DNA from: Podarcis melisellensis
Lineage: Eukaryota
NCBI GenBank assembly: GCA_964234715.1
Contig: OZ174286.1
DNA: 64,000 nucleotides
Strand: one strand, 5' to 3'
Positions 52,539-62,594 of the stretch are shown in pieces. The notes below the pieces were generated by a model, which saw only the letters and a list, made by a program, of their open reading frames with translations, did not search any database and was not told the origin of the DNA. How positions within the stretch are numbered: the stretch's first letter is position 1; the number at the start of each line of letters is the position of its first letter. The position numbers were made by a program, and so were the translations under genes.

Positions 52539-52707
52539 CCGTATTTTTTGCACCATAACACTCACTTTTTTCCTCCTAGAAAGTAAGGGGAAATGTCTGT
52601 GCGTGTTATGGAGGAAATGCCTACGGGTGGCATGCCTACGGATTTTCCTCCTCTAAAAACTATGTGCGTGTTATGGTCGGGTGCGTGTTATAGAGCGAAA
52701 AATACGA
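52539..52707. mobile_element. pogo/Tigger-like MITE (family E)
   Basis: TA|CCGTATTTTTTGC...GCGAAAAATACGA|TA; shares CCTCCT...AAAGTAAGGGGAAATGT with 40435-40693. Confidence 0.78.
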
Positions 52708-52927
52708 TAATTGGGAGGGCAGGGGCTATGCCCATATTATAAGGGTTGTGGGTCAATGGTAGGGCATGCTCAAGGGTATCCTCAAGGGCATCCAAGTAGG
52801 GCTGAAAAACCTGGCGAGCTGCTGCCAGCCAGTGTCGACAATACTGAACTAGCTGGACCAAGGATCTGACTCAGTTCGAAGCAGCTTCCTGCATTCAAGA
52901 AGCAAGAAAACCATCTCGTGCCACTAC

Positions 52928-52990
52928 CTCTCCTCCATGCCTCCAGCAGACGGTTCACCTTTGACCTCCAACGCAAGACGCAGCAAGCCC
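52928..52990 (-). CDS. ALS2CL: ALS2CL exon
   Basis: GLLRLALEVKGEPSAGGMEES; acceptor gccattcag, donor gtagtg (weaker, chosen because it keeps phase). Confidence 0.8.
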
Positions 52991-53143
52991 CTGAATGGCA
53001 AAAACAGCAAATAAAATTAGGGCCACTTAAAATCAGTGGGTGCTCACAAGCCAGACAGGATTGCTGAACTCAAATGGTTCTAACAAATCTATCAACTAGC
53101 TTCGTGCTATGTACAAGGGAATGTGCTTTGCTACTAGCTTACT

Positions 53144-53970
53144 TCCCTAGCTGGAATTAAGATTGCTGGAAAAAATATCAACAACCTCAGATATGCAGAT
53201 GACACAACCTTGATGGCAGAAAGTGAGGAGGAATTAAAGAACCTTTTATTGAGGGTGAAAGAGGAGAGCGCAAAATATGGTCTGAAGCTCAACATCAAAA
53301 AAACGAAGATCATGGCCACTGGTCCCATCACCTCCTGGCAAATAGAAGGGGAAGAAATGGAGGCAGTGAGAGATTTTACTTTCTTGGGCTCCATGATCAC
53401 TGCAGGTGGTGACAGCAGCCACGAAATTAAGAGATGCCTGTTTCTTGGGAGAAAAGCAATGGCAAACCTAGACAGCATCTTAAAAAGCAGAGACATCACC
53501 TTGCCAACAAAGGTCCGTATAGTTAAAGCTATGGTTTTCCCAGTAGTGATGTATGGAAGTGAGAGCTGGACCATAAAGAAGGCTGATCGCCAAAGAATGG
53601 ATGCTTTTGAGTTATGGGGCTGGAGGAGACTCTTGAGAGTCCCATGGACTGCAAGAAGATCAAACCTCTCCATTCTGAAGGAAATCAGCCCTGAGTGCTC
53701 ACTGGAAGGACAGATCCTGAAGCTGAGGCTCCAATACTTTGGCCACCTCAGGAGAAGAGAAGACTCCCTGGAAAAGACCCTGATGTTGGGAAAGATGGAG
53801 AGCACAAGGAGAAGGGGACGACAGAGGACGAGATGGTTGGATAGTGTTCTCTAATCTACCAGCATGAGTTTGACCAAACTGTGGGAGGCAGTGGAAGACA
53901 GGAGTGCCTGGCGTGCTCTGGTCCAGGGGGTCACGAAGAGTCGGACACGACTAAACGACTAAACAACAAC
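53144..53970 (+). mobile_element. BovB LINE, 5'-truncated, retains RT YADD motif
   Basis: GIKIAGKNINNLRYADDTTLMAESEEELKNLL... with a 214-aa ORF; (CAA)n tail; near-TSD ACTAGCTTACT/ACTAGCTCACT at 53133-53143 and 53971-53981. Confidence 0.95.
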
Positions 53971-54396
53971 ACTAGCTCACTAGCGTGAGCGAGGAAGGAT
54001 AATATTTAATCAATATAGCCTCTCCTACTATCCTCAACATTCCCACCATTAGCTACCTGCGAAAAACTTTAAAGACTGGTCTGGTTTGCACCCAAGAATA
54101 CTGGGTATTGCAGTTCACCAGCCAGGCTCTCCCAAGGGTGCCCCATTTCATACTCTCTCCCTCTGCCACCCAAGACTCAGCACCTATTGGCTACTGAGGA
54201 CGCTCATTGGATTTGCTTCCTGTGAATTATTCTATTAAAGATTTCTTGTGCTTCTGCGAAACCCCAGGATTCCAATACTTCCTGGACCCTGTTTCTATCT
54301 TCACTAAACTCCTGCATTGGCTGTGACAGGAACCATTATCATTCCCTCAAAACGGCAACCATGTTCCAGGGCCCAATTATTACTTATCTGCATATT

Positions 54397-55012
54397 GAAA
54401 CTGAAATACTTTATTGTCACTTGTACAACTTGTATGCAGGGAGATTAGACGAGCACCCCCCACTCAGCTCTCTTAGTCTTAATTCCCCTCGTTTACTGAC
54501 ACACACACACCAAACCCGAAAGCCAGTTGCCCTGTTGTTATCTTTTCATTCAGCAGCCTAACAGCCCATGGATAGAAGCTTTTCTTTACCCTGTTGGTGC
54601 GACTAATCCTGCTTCTATATCTTCTGCCCGAGGGCAGGAGATCAAGAAAGTGCCAGCCAGGGTGTGACTCATCCCTGAGAATTTTCCTCATTCTCCTGGG
54701 GCAACGTTCTTCCGCTATTTCATTCAGCGGATTCATGGGACAGCCCATAATATCTTGTGCTGTATTCACCACCCTCTGTAGGCACTTCCTATCAGATGAT
54801 GTCAAACCAGCGTCCCACACCGTGATGCAGTAGGAAAGGACATTTTCTATTGTGGACCAGTAGAAGGAGATCATCAAATGTTGTTTGACATCGTTCTTCC
54901 ACAATGGAGTCTCTGTTGGGCTTTCTTAACCACCTGGGTTGTATTTATTTTCCAAGTAAGGTCTTCACTGAGATAAACTCCCAGGAATTTAAAGGAAGAG
55001 ATTCTCTCCACA
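54397..55012 (-). mobile_element. Rex1/Babar-clade LINE 3' fragment
   Basis: FYWSTIENVLSYCITVW...DRKCLQRVVNTAQDIMG...ILRDESHPG...LLPSGRRYRS...TNRVKKSFYPWAVRLLN is the characteristic Rex1 C-terminus; ends in GACAATAAAG plus a short repeat tail. Confidence 0.85.
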
Positions 55013-55186
55013 TATACAGAAGCCCTGAGGGTTTGGATTTACTAGCGCATCCTTGAAAAGAATCTCCTGGCAAAATTTGCCACAAGGTAAGCTATGCAAG
55101 AGGTCACCTACAAGGTGGATCCTCTTTCAGTTTCTCGGAGCAAAAACGACCATCCCAGAGGGGCGCCCCAGCGTGCAGATACGTAC

Positions 55187-55344
55187 TGGTAGAATTCCCA
55201 AATCTTCTTTGCGTAATGCTTGACCTCCTCTTGCGCCATGCTGAGAAGATGCTTGTTTGCTCCGATCCCAGAGTAGCTGGCCTGGAATGCCAACGTCAGA
55301 GCCTTCAGGAATTTCCCCAGCGGGTGCAGAGAAGATTGCAGAGC
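55187..55344 (-). CDS. ALS2CL: ALS2CL exon
   Basis: ALQSSLHPLGKFLKALTLAFQASYSGIGANKHLLSMAQEEVKHYAKKIWEFYQ; acceptor ttttgcag, donor gtacgt. Confidence 0.93.
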
Positions 55345-55386
55345 CTGCAAAAGCAACGGGAAAACACAGCCTCTTCAGATTCAAGG

Positions 55387-56243
55387 CAAGACTCAGCTAT
55401 TGGGAATTGATTTACAGTGGTACCTCTGGTTGCGAATGGGATCCGTTCCGCATTTGTGGGTTGCGATTCGCTGCTTCTGCGCATGCGCGTGACATCATGT
55501 TGAGCGTCTGCGCATGCGCGAGTGGCGAAACCCGGAAGTAACCCTTTCTGGTACTTCCGGGTTGCCGCGGGATGCAACCTGAAAAGATGTAACCTGAACC
55601 GAACGTAACAAGAGGTATGACTGTACAATGAAATGAAAAACATGTTTAGGACGTTTGTTTTTAAAAAAACAGAAACCTTTTTGTTAGGTATTACAGGACA
55701 GGACTTGCCAAAAGACTGGAAGAAGTTTTTCATGCATGCTACAACAGCGGCTAAGATCTTGCTAGCCCAAAAATAGAAAGATGAAAAGACAGAAAGAGTG
55801 GCAAGCAAAACTTATGGAATATGCCGAAATGGAGAAGCTTATGGATAAACTTACAGATAAGGAAAATGGAGACTTTAAGAAAGATTGGGAACCGTTTATG
55901 TTGTACAAATATATTTTAAAGAAGTGGACTCACTAGGAGGGTTTGAGGAAACACAATTAAGAAAACAAGTGTGAAAGTTAAGGAGCGATAACTGGGAAAA
56001 TAAAGTGTAAGAGGTAATTTGGAAAGAATTGGTACAAAAATGATAAGAATATAAGAAGATTTAGTTAAAAGATTTCAGAATTAAGGTAAAATAAAATAAG
56101 CAGAAGAAGCAAATATTTAAAGAACCAGAAGAGGAATTTGAGAGAAGTCGGGCGGGTGGGGGGATATTAGGATTAATATATATCTTCTTGTGTTGATGAT
56201 GATTATGCTGAATATAAAATCGTAAAACCAATTAAAAAAAAAA
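55387..56243 (+). mobile_element. L1/Tx1-like LINE, 5'-truncated, with nested MITE
   Basis: Decayed ORF2 end YWELIY|NEMKNMF...FLLGI...ATTAAKILLAQK, A-rich 3'UTR and poly(A); TSD AGATTCAAGG at 55377-55386 and 56244-56253. Confidence 0.78.
55415..55623. mobile_element. Tc1/mariner-type MITE (family D) inside the L1
   Basis: TA|CAGTGGTACCTC...GAGGTATGACTG|TA. Confidence 0.85.
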
Positions 56244-56254
56244 AGATTCAAGGG

Positions 56255-56614
56255 TAGGTTGGCAGGAGCAGGGACCGAACAACGGGAGCTCACCCTGTCA
56301 CGGGGATTTGAACCGCCGACCTTCCAATCGGTTTAGACCACAGCGCCACCCACATCCCCAATATTGACATAAAGGTAAAGGTACCCCTGCCCCTACGGGC
56401 CAGTCTTGACAGACTCTGGGGTTGTGCGCCCATCTCACTTAAGAGGCCAGGGGCCAGCGCTGTCCGAAGACACTTCCGGGTCACGTGGCCAGCGTGACAT
56501 CGCTGCTCTGGTGAGCCAGAGCCGCACACGGAAACGCCGTTTACCTTCCCGCTGGTAAGCGGTCCCTATTTATCTACTTGCACCCAGAGGTGCTTTCGAA
56601 CTGCTAGGTTGGCA
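56255..56614 (-). mobile_element. Sauria SINE in permuted order
   Basis: Head part 56255-56358, 12-bp spacer, then tail/body part 56371-56614; TAGGTTGGCA at both outer ends. Confidence 0.85.
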
Positions 56615-56777
56615 TAAGGCATAATAAAAGTTAATTTGGGGGCTAAACTAAATTTGGAGGTGCTGGGCAGATCTTTGCACCCCGGGGGCGCATGTGCTAA
56701 AGATGGCCCTGCTTGGGGTTATCATCATCAGACTCTCACCAACCGAGCTATTATGCAAACAGCGTGCAACAAGTTAC

Positions 56778-56868
56778 CTGGCGCAGGTAATCTTGCAGGT
56801 CATCCTTCTCCTGGTGTTCAATGAGTTCTTCAAGGTAGTCAACTTTCCTGGGAGCCTCTTCAGTCCCT
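56778..56868 (-). CDS. ALS2CL: ALS2CL exon
   Basis: GTEEAPRKVDYLEELIEHQEKDDLQDYLRQ; acceptor cctctcag, donor gtaact; phase fits. Confidence 0.88.
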
Positions 56869-57605
56869 CTGAGAGGACAAAGATTAACAGAGCACAGTAG
56901 TCCATCACCACTCAAAACGTCTCCTAATATGATTTGCCTCCCATTTTTTATTCTTATTATTTATTTGGTTTTTCAGATTAAAATTTTACAGCCACATATC
57001 CAACCTAAAAAACAAGATTCCAAGCAATCTCCTGGACTTCCCGCCTTAGCAGAAGTTTTAAAATTAAGTTAGCTTGCTAGTTTATCTTTAACCAATCGAT
57101 TATCGGGAAGGGTTTTTTATTTTCTCATTTTTGTGCAATGCACTGCTTTGCTGCTGTTAACAATCAGCAGTAAATCGGCATTTGTGACTTCAGAATCGAG
57201 TAGCCCAGAGTATGCAGAAATGGCAAAAGTTACCGGAAGAATAAGAAATCAAGAAGAGAGATTTTTTAAAAATTCAGAATAGGGAAGATTTAAGGCCTGT
57301 TTGAAGAACCATTGCAAACAGCTTATAACACTGGCAGGATTGAATTAAAAATGAGCCTGGAAACAATTTAAATTGAGTATACAGGATAAACAACAAATGG
57401 ATTTAAATTGGATATGCAGTGATAAAAGTTATAACATAAGCAACCACAAAAAAGGGGGGGGGTGTCATTATTATTGTTTGGTAATTTAAATTGAAAGAGT
57501 AAATTTGTAGTGTTTGTAAACGAAAAAATGAGAAATAAAATAAAACAAATAAATAAATATGAATCTAGCAGCCTAAGGAGGGATTTGCTGGAAAGGCAAA
57601 GTAGG

Positions 57606-57651
<46 letters not shown>

Positions 57652-57975
57652 GTAATAATAATGTATACCCCTCCCATTTATACTGACTGCCACTCTGGGC
57701 AGCTTCAAACTGAATATTAAAAACAATACAGCATCAGACATTAAAAACTTCCCTAAGCAGGGCCGCCTTCAGCTGTCCTTTAAAAGTAAAATAGTTGTTT
57801 ATTGCCTTGACATCTGGTCGGAGGGTATTCCACAGGGTGGGTGCCACTACCGAGAAGGCCCACTGCCTGGTTCCCTGTAACTTGGCTTCTCGCAGGGAGG
57901 GAACCGCCAGAAAGCCCTCAGAGCTGGACCTCAGCGTCCGGGCAGAACGATGCGGGTGGAGACACTCCTTCAGGT

Positions 57976-58661
57976 TCTGCCTGGACACTGAGGTCCAGCT
58001 CCGAGGGCCTTCTGGCGGTTCCCTACCTGCGAGAAGCCAAGTTACAGGGAACCAGACAGAGGGCCTTCTCAGTGGTGGCACCTGCCCTGTGGAACGCCCT
58101 CCCAGCAGATGTCAAAGAGAAGAACAACTACCAGACGTTTAGAAGACATCTGAAGGCAGACCTGTTTAGGGAAGCTTTTAATGTTTAACAGACTAACGGT
58201 AAAGGGACCCTTGACCATTAGGTCCAGTCGTGGCCAACTCTGGGGTTGCGACGCTCATCTCGCTTTATTAGCCAAGGGAGCCGGCGTACAGCTTCCAGAT
58301 CATGTGGCCAGCATGACTAAGCCGCTTCTGGCGAACCAGAGCAACGCACAGAAAAGCCGTTTACCTTCCCGCCAGAGCGGTACCTATTTATCTACTTGCA
58401 CTCTGTGCTTTTGAACTGCTAGGTTGGCAGGAGCAGGGACCGAGCAACGGGAGCTCACCCCCTCGCGGGGATTCGAACCGCTGACCTTCCGATCGGCAAG
58501 TCCTAGGCTCTGTGGTTTAACCCACAGCGCCACCCGCGTCCCTGTGTTTAACAGACTACTGCATTTTAATACTTTGTTGGAAGCCGCCCAGAGTGGCTGG
58601 GGAGACCCAGCCAGATGGGTGGGGTATAAATAAATAAATTATTCTTATTATTTATTATTAT
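57976..58661 (+). mobile_element. L2 LINE 3' fragment nested in the antisense L2, itself split by a SINE
   Basis: TLRSSSEGLLAVP..REAKLQGTRQRAFSVVAPALWNALP; nearly the same as 51430-51770. Confidence 0.85.
58196..58542 (-). mobile_element. Sauria SINE, full length
   Basis: TSD TGTTTAACAGACTA at 58182-58195 and 58545-58558. Confidence 0.93.
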
Positions 58662-58826
58662 TCTGGGCTGAGGCCATTTAGGGCTTGAAAGGTCAGCACT
58701 AACACTTTGAATTGTGCTCGGAAACGAACTGGGAGCCAATGTAGGTCTGGACCGGGGTTATATGGTCCCGGCTCCCTTTTCAAATGTGACCTGAGTTCAG
58801 GTTTCGCTCCCACCCCTTCTCCTCAC

Positions 58827-59000
58827 CTGTGGCAGAAGAGATATTCCTGGGACTTCCTCAGCTCTTTGCTCGTCTGAACGTGGAAGCCCATGAAACCCTC
58901 CTCCGTTTCCCCTTGACCGCCTGAGCGGATGAACTCCAGGAAGGGGCTGCAGAGACCGTCCCATCTTTTCTCAACCGGGAATACTTCCTGACCCAGCTGG
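58827..59000 (-). CDS. ALS2CL: ALS2CL exon
   Basis: QLGQEVFPVEKRWDGLCSPFLEFIRSGGQGETEEGFMGFHVQTSKELRKSQEYLFCHR; acceptor ttgttcag, donor gtgagg. Confidence 0.92.
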
Positions 59001-60293
59001 CTGAACAAGGAGAGAAAGGTTTCTCAGACAAGGTCTCCAAGAATCAGAGTCGGAAGGGACACCCAGGGTCATCTAGTCCAACCCCCCGTTGCCAGGTTAA
59101 AAACAAAAGAGGAATGCAAATGGGTAAAACTGATGGTAATTGCAGCCAGACAGGTTATAGCGAGTAATCAGGAAAATGCAGAAGAGCTAGGGGTGAACCA
59201 ATGGAGGGAAAAACTGAATAATATTATAATTTTGGAATAACTAACTGTGCAAATACATAAAATGAAAGGGTTTAAGGTCAGTGAGAAAGAGGAGGATTAG
59301 TTTGAGAAGATATTGAGTTATTTGAAGAATTTGGGGCAATTAAAATGTTAAAAGTTAAATAAACCTTGTGGAAGGAGGAGTGTAAAGGTATATAATTGTA
59401 CATATGGTTGATTTGAATATGTTATTATTGAATAATATTGAATATGTATATTATTGAATATTGTATACCCAATTTATCAGCTGCCGGGAGGGGGGTTTCA
59501 CTGTGTCTTGGTGGTTGGTAAAAGATAATTTATTGATTTTTAAAAAATCTAGTCCAACCCCCTGCTATGCATTCAAATTCACACAAACCCCTACATTCCC
59601 ATCCATTGACAGCTGCAGAGTAACGGAGGCAGCATCCCTGTGTGAATGAGCCAAGAGAGGAAGCGTGGTGCAGTGGTTAGAGCAGCCTCTCTCAGATGTT
59701 CTTGAGCTACAAGACCCATCATCCCTGACCACCGGCCAAGCTGACTGGTGTGTGTGTGATAGGAGTTGTAGTCCAACAGCATCGAAGGTTGAGAAAGGCT
59801 GGATTAGGGACCTGGGAGACCTGGGTTCGAGTCTCCACCTTGGGCCTGTCGCCGCTTTCTCCCTGTCTCCCTCTCAGGGTTGCTGTTGTCGTGGGGACTG
59901 AATGAGGAGGGAAAGGGCCGTGTGTGCCAGTTTAAGCTCCTCTTTGGGGAGGAGAAAGGTGTGGTGTAAATGCAAGAAATAAATTAAGATCAAATCGCCA
60001 CAAACGATCCTTCACCCCAGACAAGGCTTCTCCAGTCCCACGTTCGTTGCCTTCTTTTAATTATATTTATTCCTCGCCTTTCCTCCGAAGAGCTCAAGGG
60101 GGCAGCAAAAGCACAGACTCTAAACGTGTTTGCGTCGTGGTAAAACAATAACGAAATAATTGTAATAACCGCGGTTCCCACTCGCCTCCGTTTTCACCCC
60201 CACAAAAACAACCTTGTGAGGGAGGGTTAGGCTAAGAGGGAACAGCTGGCCCAAGATCTGCTGCAATTCTTGTGTGGAAGGGGGTTGGACTGG

Positions 60294-60338
<45 letters not shown>
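60294..60338. repeat. (ATA)n microsatellite
   Basis: Directly visible. Similar runs at about 45366-45401, 50621-50645, 51724-51770 and 57608-57662, several of them L2 tails. Confidence 0.9.
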
Positions 60339-60343
<5 letters not shown>

Positions 60344-60524
60344 TTTATTTATATCCTGCCCTCCCCAGCCGAAGCCGGGCTCAGAGCTGCTAACAACAGT
60401 AACAGGTTCCCTCCTGACTCGCCAAGCCTATGAAATGGAGGCAGAAAGTTGCCCCCGCTTTAGGCCAAAACACTGGTACTTAAGAGGTTAACCAGCTTCT
60501 CTTTTTATTAATCGATCTGTCTAT

Positions 60525-61625
60525 ATAATTTTTATTAAATTTTCTGTCTGCGATTCAAAGTCTGGGGCTGCTCTAGCAAAATAATCAAAATATATTTTTT
60601 ATTACATTTTCTGTTTTACCATTTAGAATATTCATTTATACCACCTTAAAATATCAATGACTCCCCTTCTTCCCATTCCGTGGTTCATTTTACATATATC
60701 ATAAATCCCTGCAGATTTTACATAAACGAAACCATTCCCTATTACATTATTACTTCCACCGAAGCTTATTTACACCGTTGAATTTATCTGAAGGCTGCCA
60801 ACGTTTTCAAGTGTACACAATTCCCCCCATATAGTCAATAAACATTGTCCAATCTTCTCCAAACATGTTCTTCTTGTCCTCTTATTCTATATGTTATGTC
60901 CACAAGCTGTGCATATTCTGTCAGCTTAAGTTGTCATTCTTCTTTGGTTGGGACCTCACTTGTTTTCCATTTTTGGCCTCTGGCCGCCGTAGTGGCATAC
61001 ATAAATAACCCTTTTTGACACCTGGGAATTTCCATCTGAATTATCCCCCCCCCCCCCGGACTATGGCTTTTTGGGAAAAGGTGCTTTTAAACATTATTTT
61101 CACTTCATTATAAATTATTTTCTGGCCCACGTAGGACCAGTCTGGATAGCTAGCCTTGGTGAAGACTTGACATTTTCATCCCGCAAAAAGTTTTTTGAGT
61201 TTCTGCTGAAATGAAGCTGCATTTGAATGTTGTATTTTAATCTTGCTTTTTAAATTGTATTTTGATTGTTTTATATCTTGTGTTAGCCGCCCTGAGCCCG
61301 GTCTTGGCTGGGGAGGGCGGGGTATAAATAAAATTATTTACAGTGGTACTTCAGGTTAAGTAATTAATTCGTTCCTGAAGCACCACTTTAGCTAATGGGG
61401 CCTCCTGCTGCCGCTGCACCGCTGGAGCACGATTTCTGTTCTCATCCTGAAGCAAAGTTCTTAACCTGAAGCACTATTTCTGGGTTAGCGGAGTCTGTAA
61501 CCTGAAGTGTATGTAACCTGAAGCGTATGTAACCTGAGGTAATACTGTAGTATTATTATTATTCTTATTTCCCAATACTCCTTTACCCTTTTACAAGTCG
61601 ACCACATATGAAAGAACGTTCTTTC
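60525..61625 (-). mobile_element. L1/Tx1-like LINE fragment interrupted by younger repeats
   Basis: ERTFFHMWSTCKRVKEYWEI (ORF2 zinc-knuckle region) at about 61565-61625, YATTAA-like motif near 60980-61000, and an A-rich 3'UTR on the minus strand. Other L1-like debris at about 48090-48450, 57200-57560 and 59100-59540. Confidence 0.6.
61341..61547. mobile_element. Tc1/mariner-type MITE (family C)
   Basis: TA|CAGTGGTAC...GAGGTAATACTG|TA; collinear with 24361-24602. Confidence 0.85.
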
Positions 61626-61657
61626 AGAGGTAAACCACGCTCTCGATTCCCACTTAC

Positions 61658-61782
61658 AGTTTCTCTGCGGTGTCATCCTGTTCACCGGAAGTGTCCAGGA
61701 TTCCTTGAGTTTGCAGCCCGTGGGTCGATTTGCTGCTGAACGTGCCCTCCAGGGTGAATCCATTTGGGAAGGTCAGTTTGCC
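61658..61782 (-). CDS. ALS2CL: ALS2CL exon
   Basis: GKLTFPNGFTLEGTFSSKSTHGLQTQGILDTSGEQDDTAEKL; acceptor gttttcag, donor gtaagt. Confidence 0.9.
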
Positions 61783-61996
61783 CTGAAAACCATCCCCAAA
61801 AGCCAGAGTTAATTTTTCATTCATTCATTCAAAACCATTCATACCCTGGATTGTATAGCAGCAACAGAATTTCGGGGAGCCCGGCATCATTGGCAAGGAT
61901 GGCATTTCCTGTGGCAAATTGAGATTCCTGCTTTGCGGGGGGAATGGGAAAGCCTTATCTAAATCATCCCTATTGGGCCATGGTACACACAACTCT

Positions 61997-62352
61997 GGGA
62001 CGCGGGTGGCACTGTGGGTTAAACCCCAGAGCCTAGGACTTGCCGATCAGAAGGTCGGCGGTTTGAATCCCCTCGACGGGGTGAGCTCCCGTTGCTCGGT
62101 CCCTGTTCCTGCCAACCTAGCAGATAGAAAGCACGTCAAAGTGCAAGTAGATAAATGGGTACCGCTCCGGCGGGAAAGTAAACGGCGTTTCCATGCGCTG
62201 CTCTGGTTCGCCAGAAGCGGCTTAGTCATGCTGGCCACATGACCCGGAAGCTGTACGCCGGATCGCTCAGCAAATAAAGCGAGATGAGCGCTGCAACCCC
62301 AGCGTCGGTCACAACTGGACCTAATGGTCAGGGGTCCCTTTACCTTTACCTT
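61997..62352 (+). mobile_element. Sauria SINE, full length, no matching TSD
   Basis: GGGACGCGGGTGGC head to CCTTTACCTTTACCTT tail; its 3' flank is the copied segment of 681-920. Confidence 0.93.
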
Positions 62353-62592
62353 TATCCTGAATTTCAGGGAATTAAGTGAAAATTATCAACTTATGCCTAC
62401 TTAAAGGCAAACTTAAGTTCATTTTTATCCTATGAAAAAACAACAACCCAAAACCTGTGTTTCACAGTTGAAATGAATTCAGGGGTGGTTGTGTTTAAGC
62501 AACTGTACTCAATGATTTTGTGGCATTGAGTTGAAATTGAGGCAGCTTGGTTAGGGTGCAGAATACAAACCCATAGAAAGGAATTGAAGCAG
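62353..62592. repeat. Inverted copy of 681-920
   Basis: Same alignment; begins with the reverse complement of the TSD of the SINE at 921-1276. Confidence 0.95.
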
Positions 62593-62594
62593 AG

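Larger units (their letters stand above)
57608..58772 (-). mobile_element. L2 LINE fragment split by a second L2
   Basis: (AAT)n tail at 57608; body runs to CTCCTTCAGGT (57975) and resumes at CTGGGCTGAGGCC (about 58663), as in the intact copies. Confidence 0.8.

Noticed and set aside
52922-52927. Non-consensus donors (GTAGTG here; GTACAG at 35305) as possible U12 introns
   Set aside because: Neither matches the U12 donor RTATCCTT; all introns found are ordinary GT-AG.
53134-53805. 223-aa minus-strand ORF (also 47585-47974)
   Set aside because: Antisense shadow of the BovB RT coding strand.
921-62352. A 61-kb inversion between the inverted duplicates
   Set aside because: ALS2CL exons on both sides of 62353-62592 (63867-63944 and 61658-61782) are in the same orientation and in phase, so no inversion breakpoint lies there.
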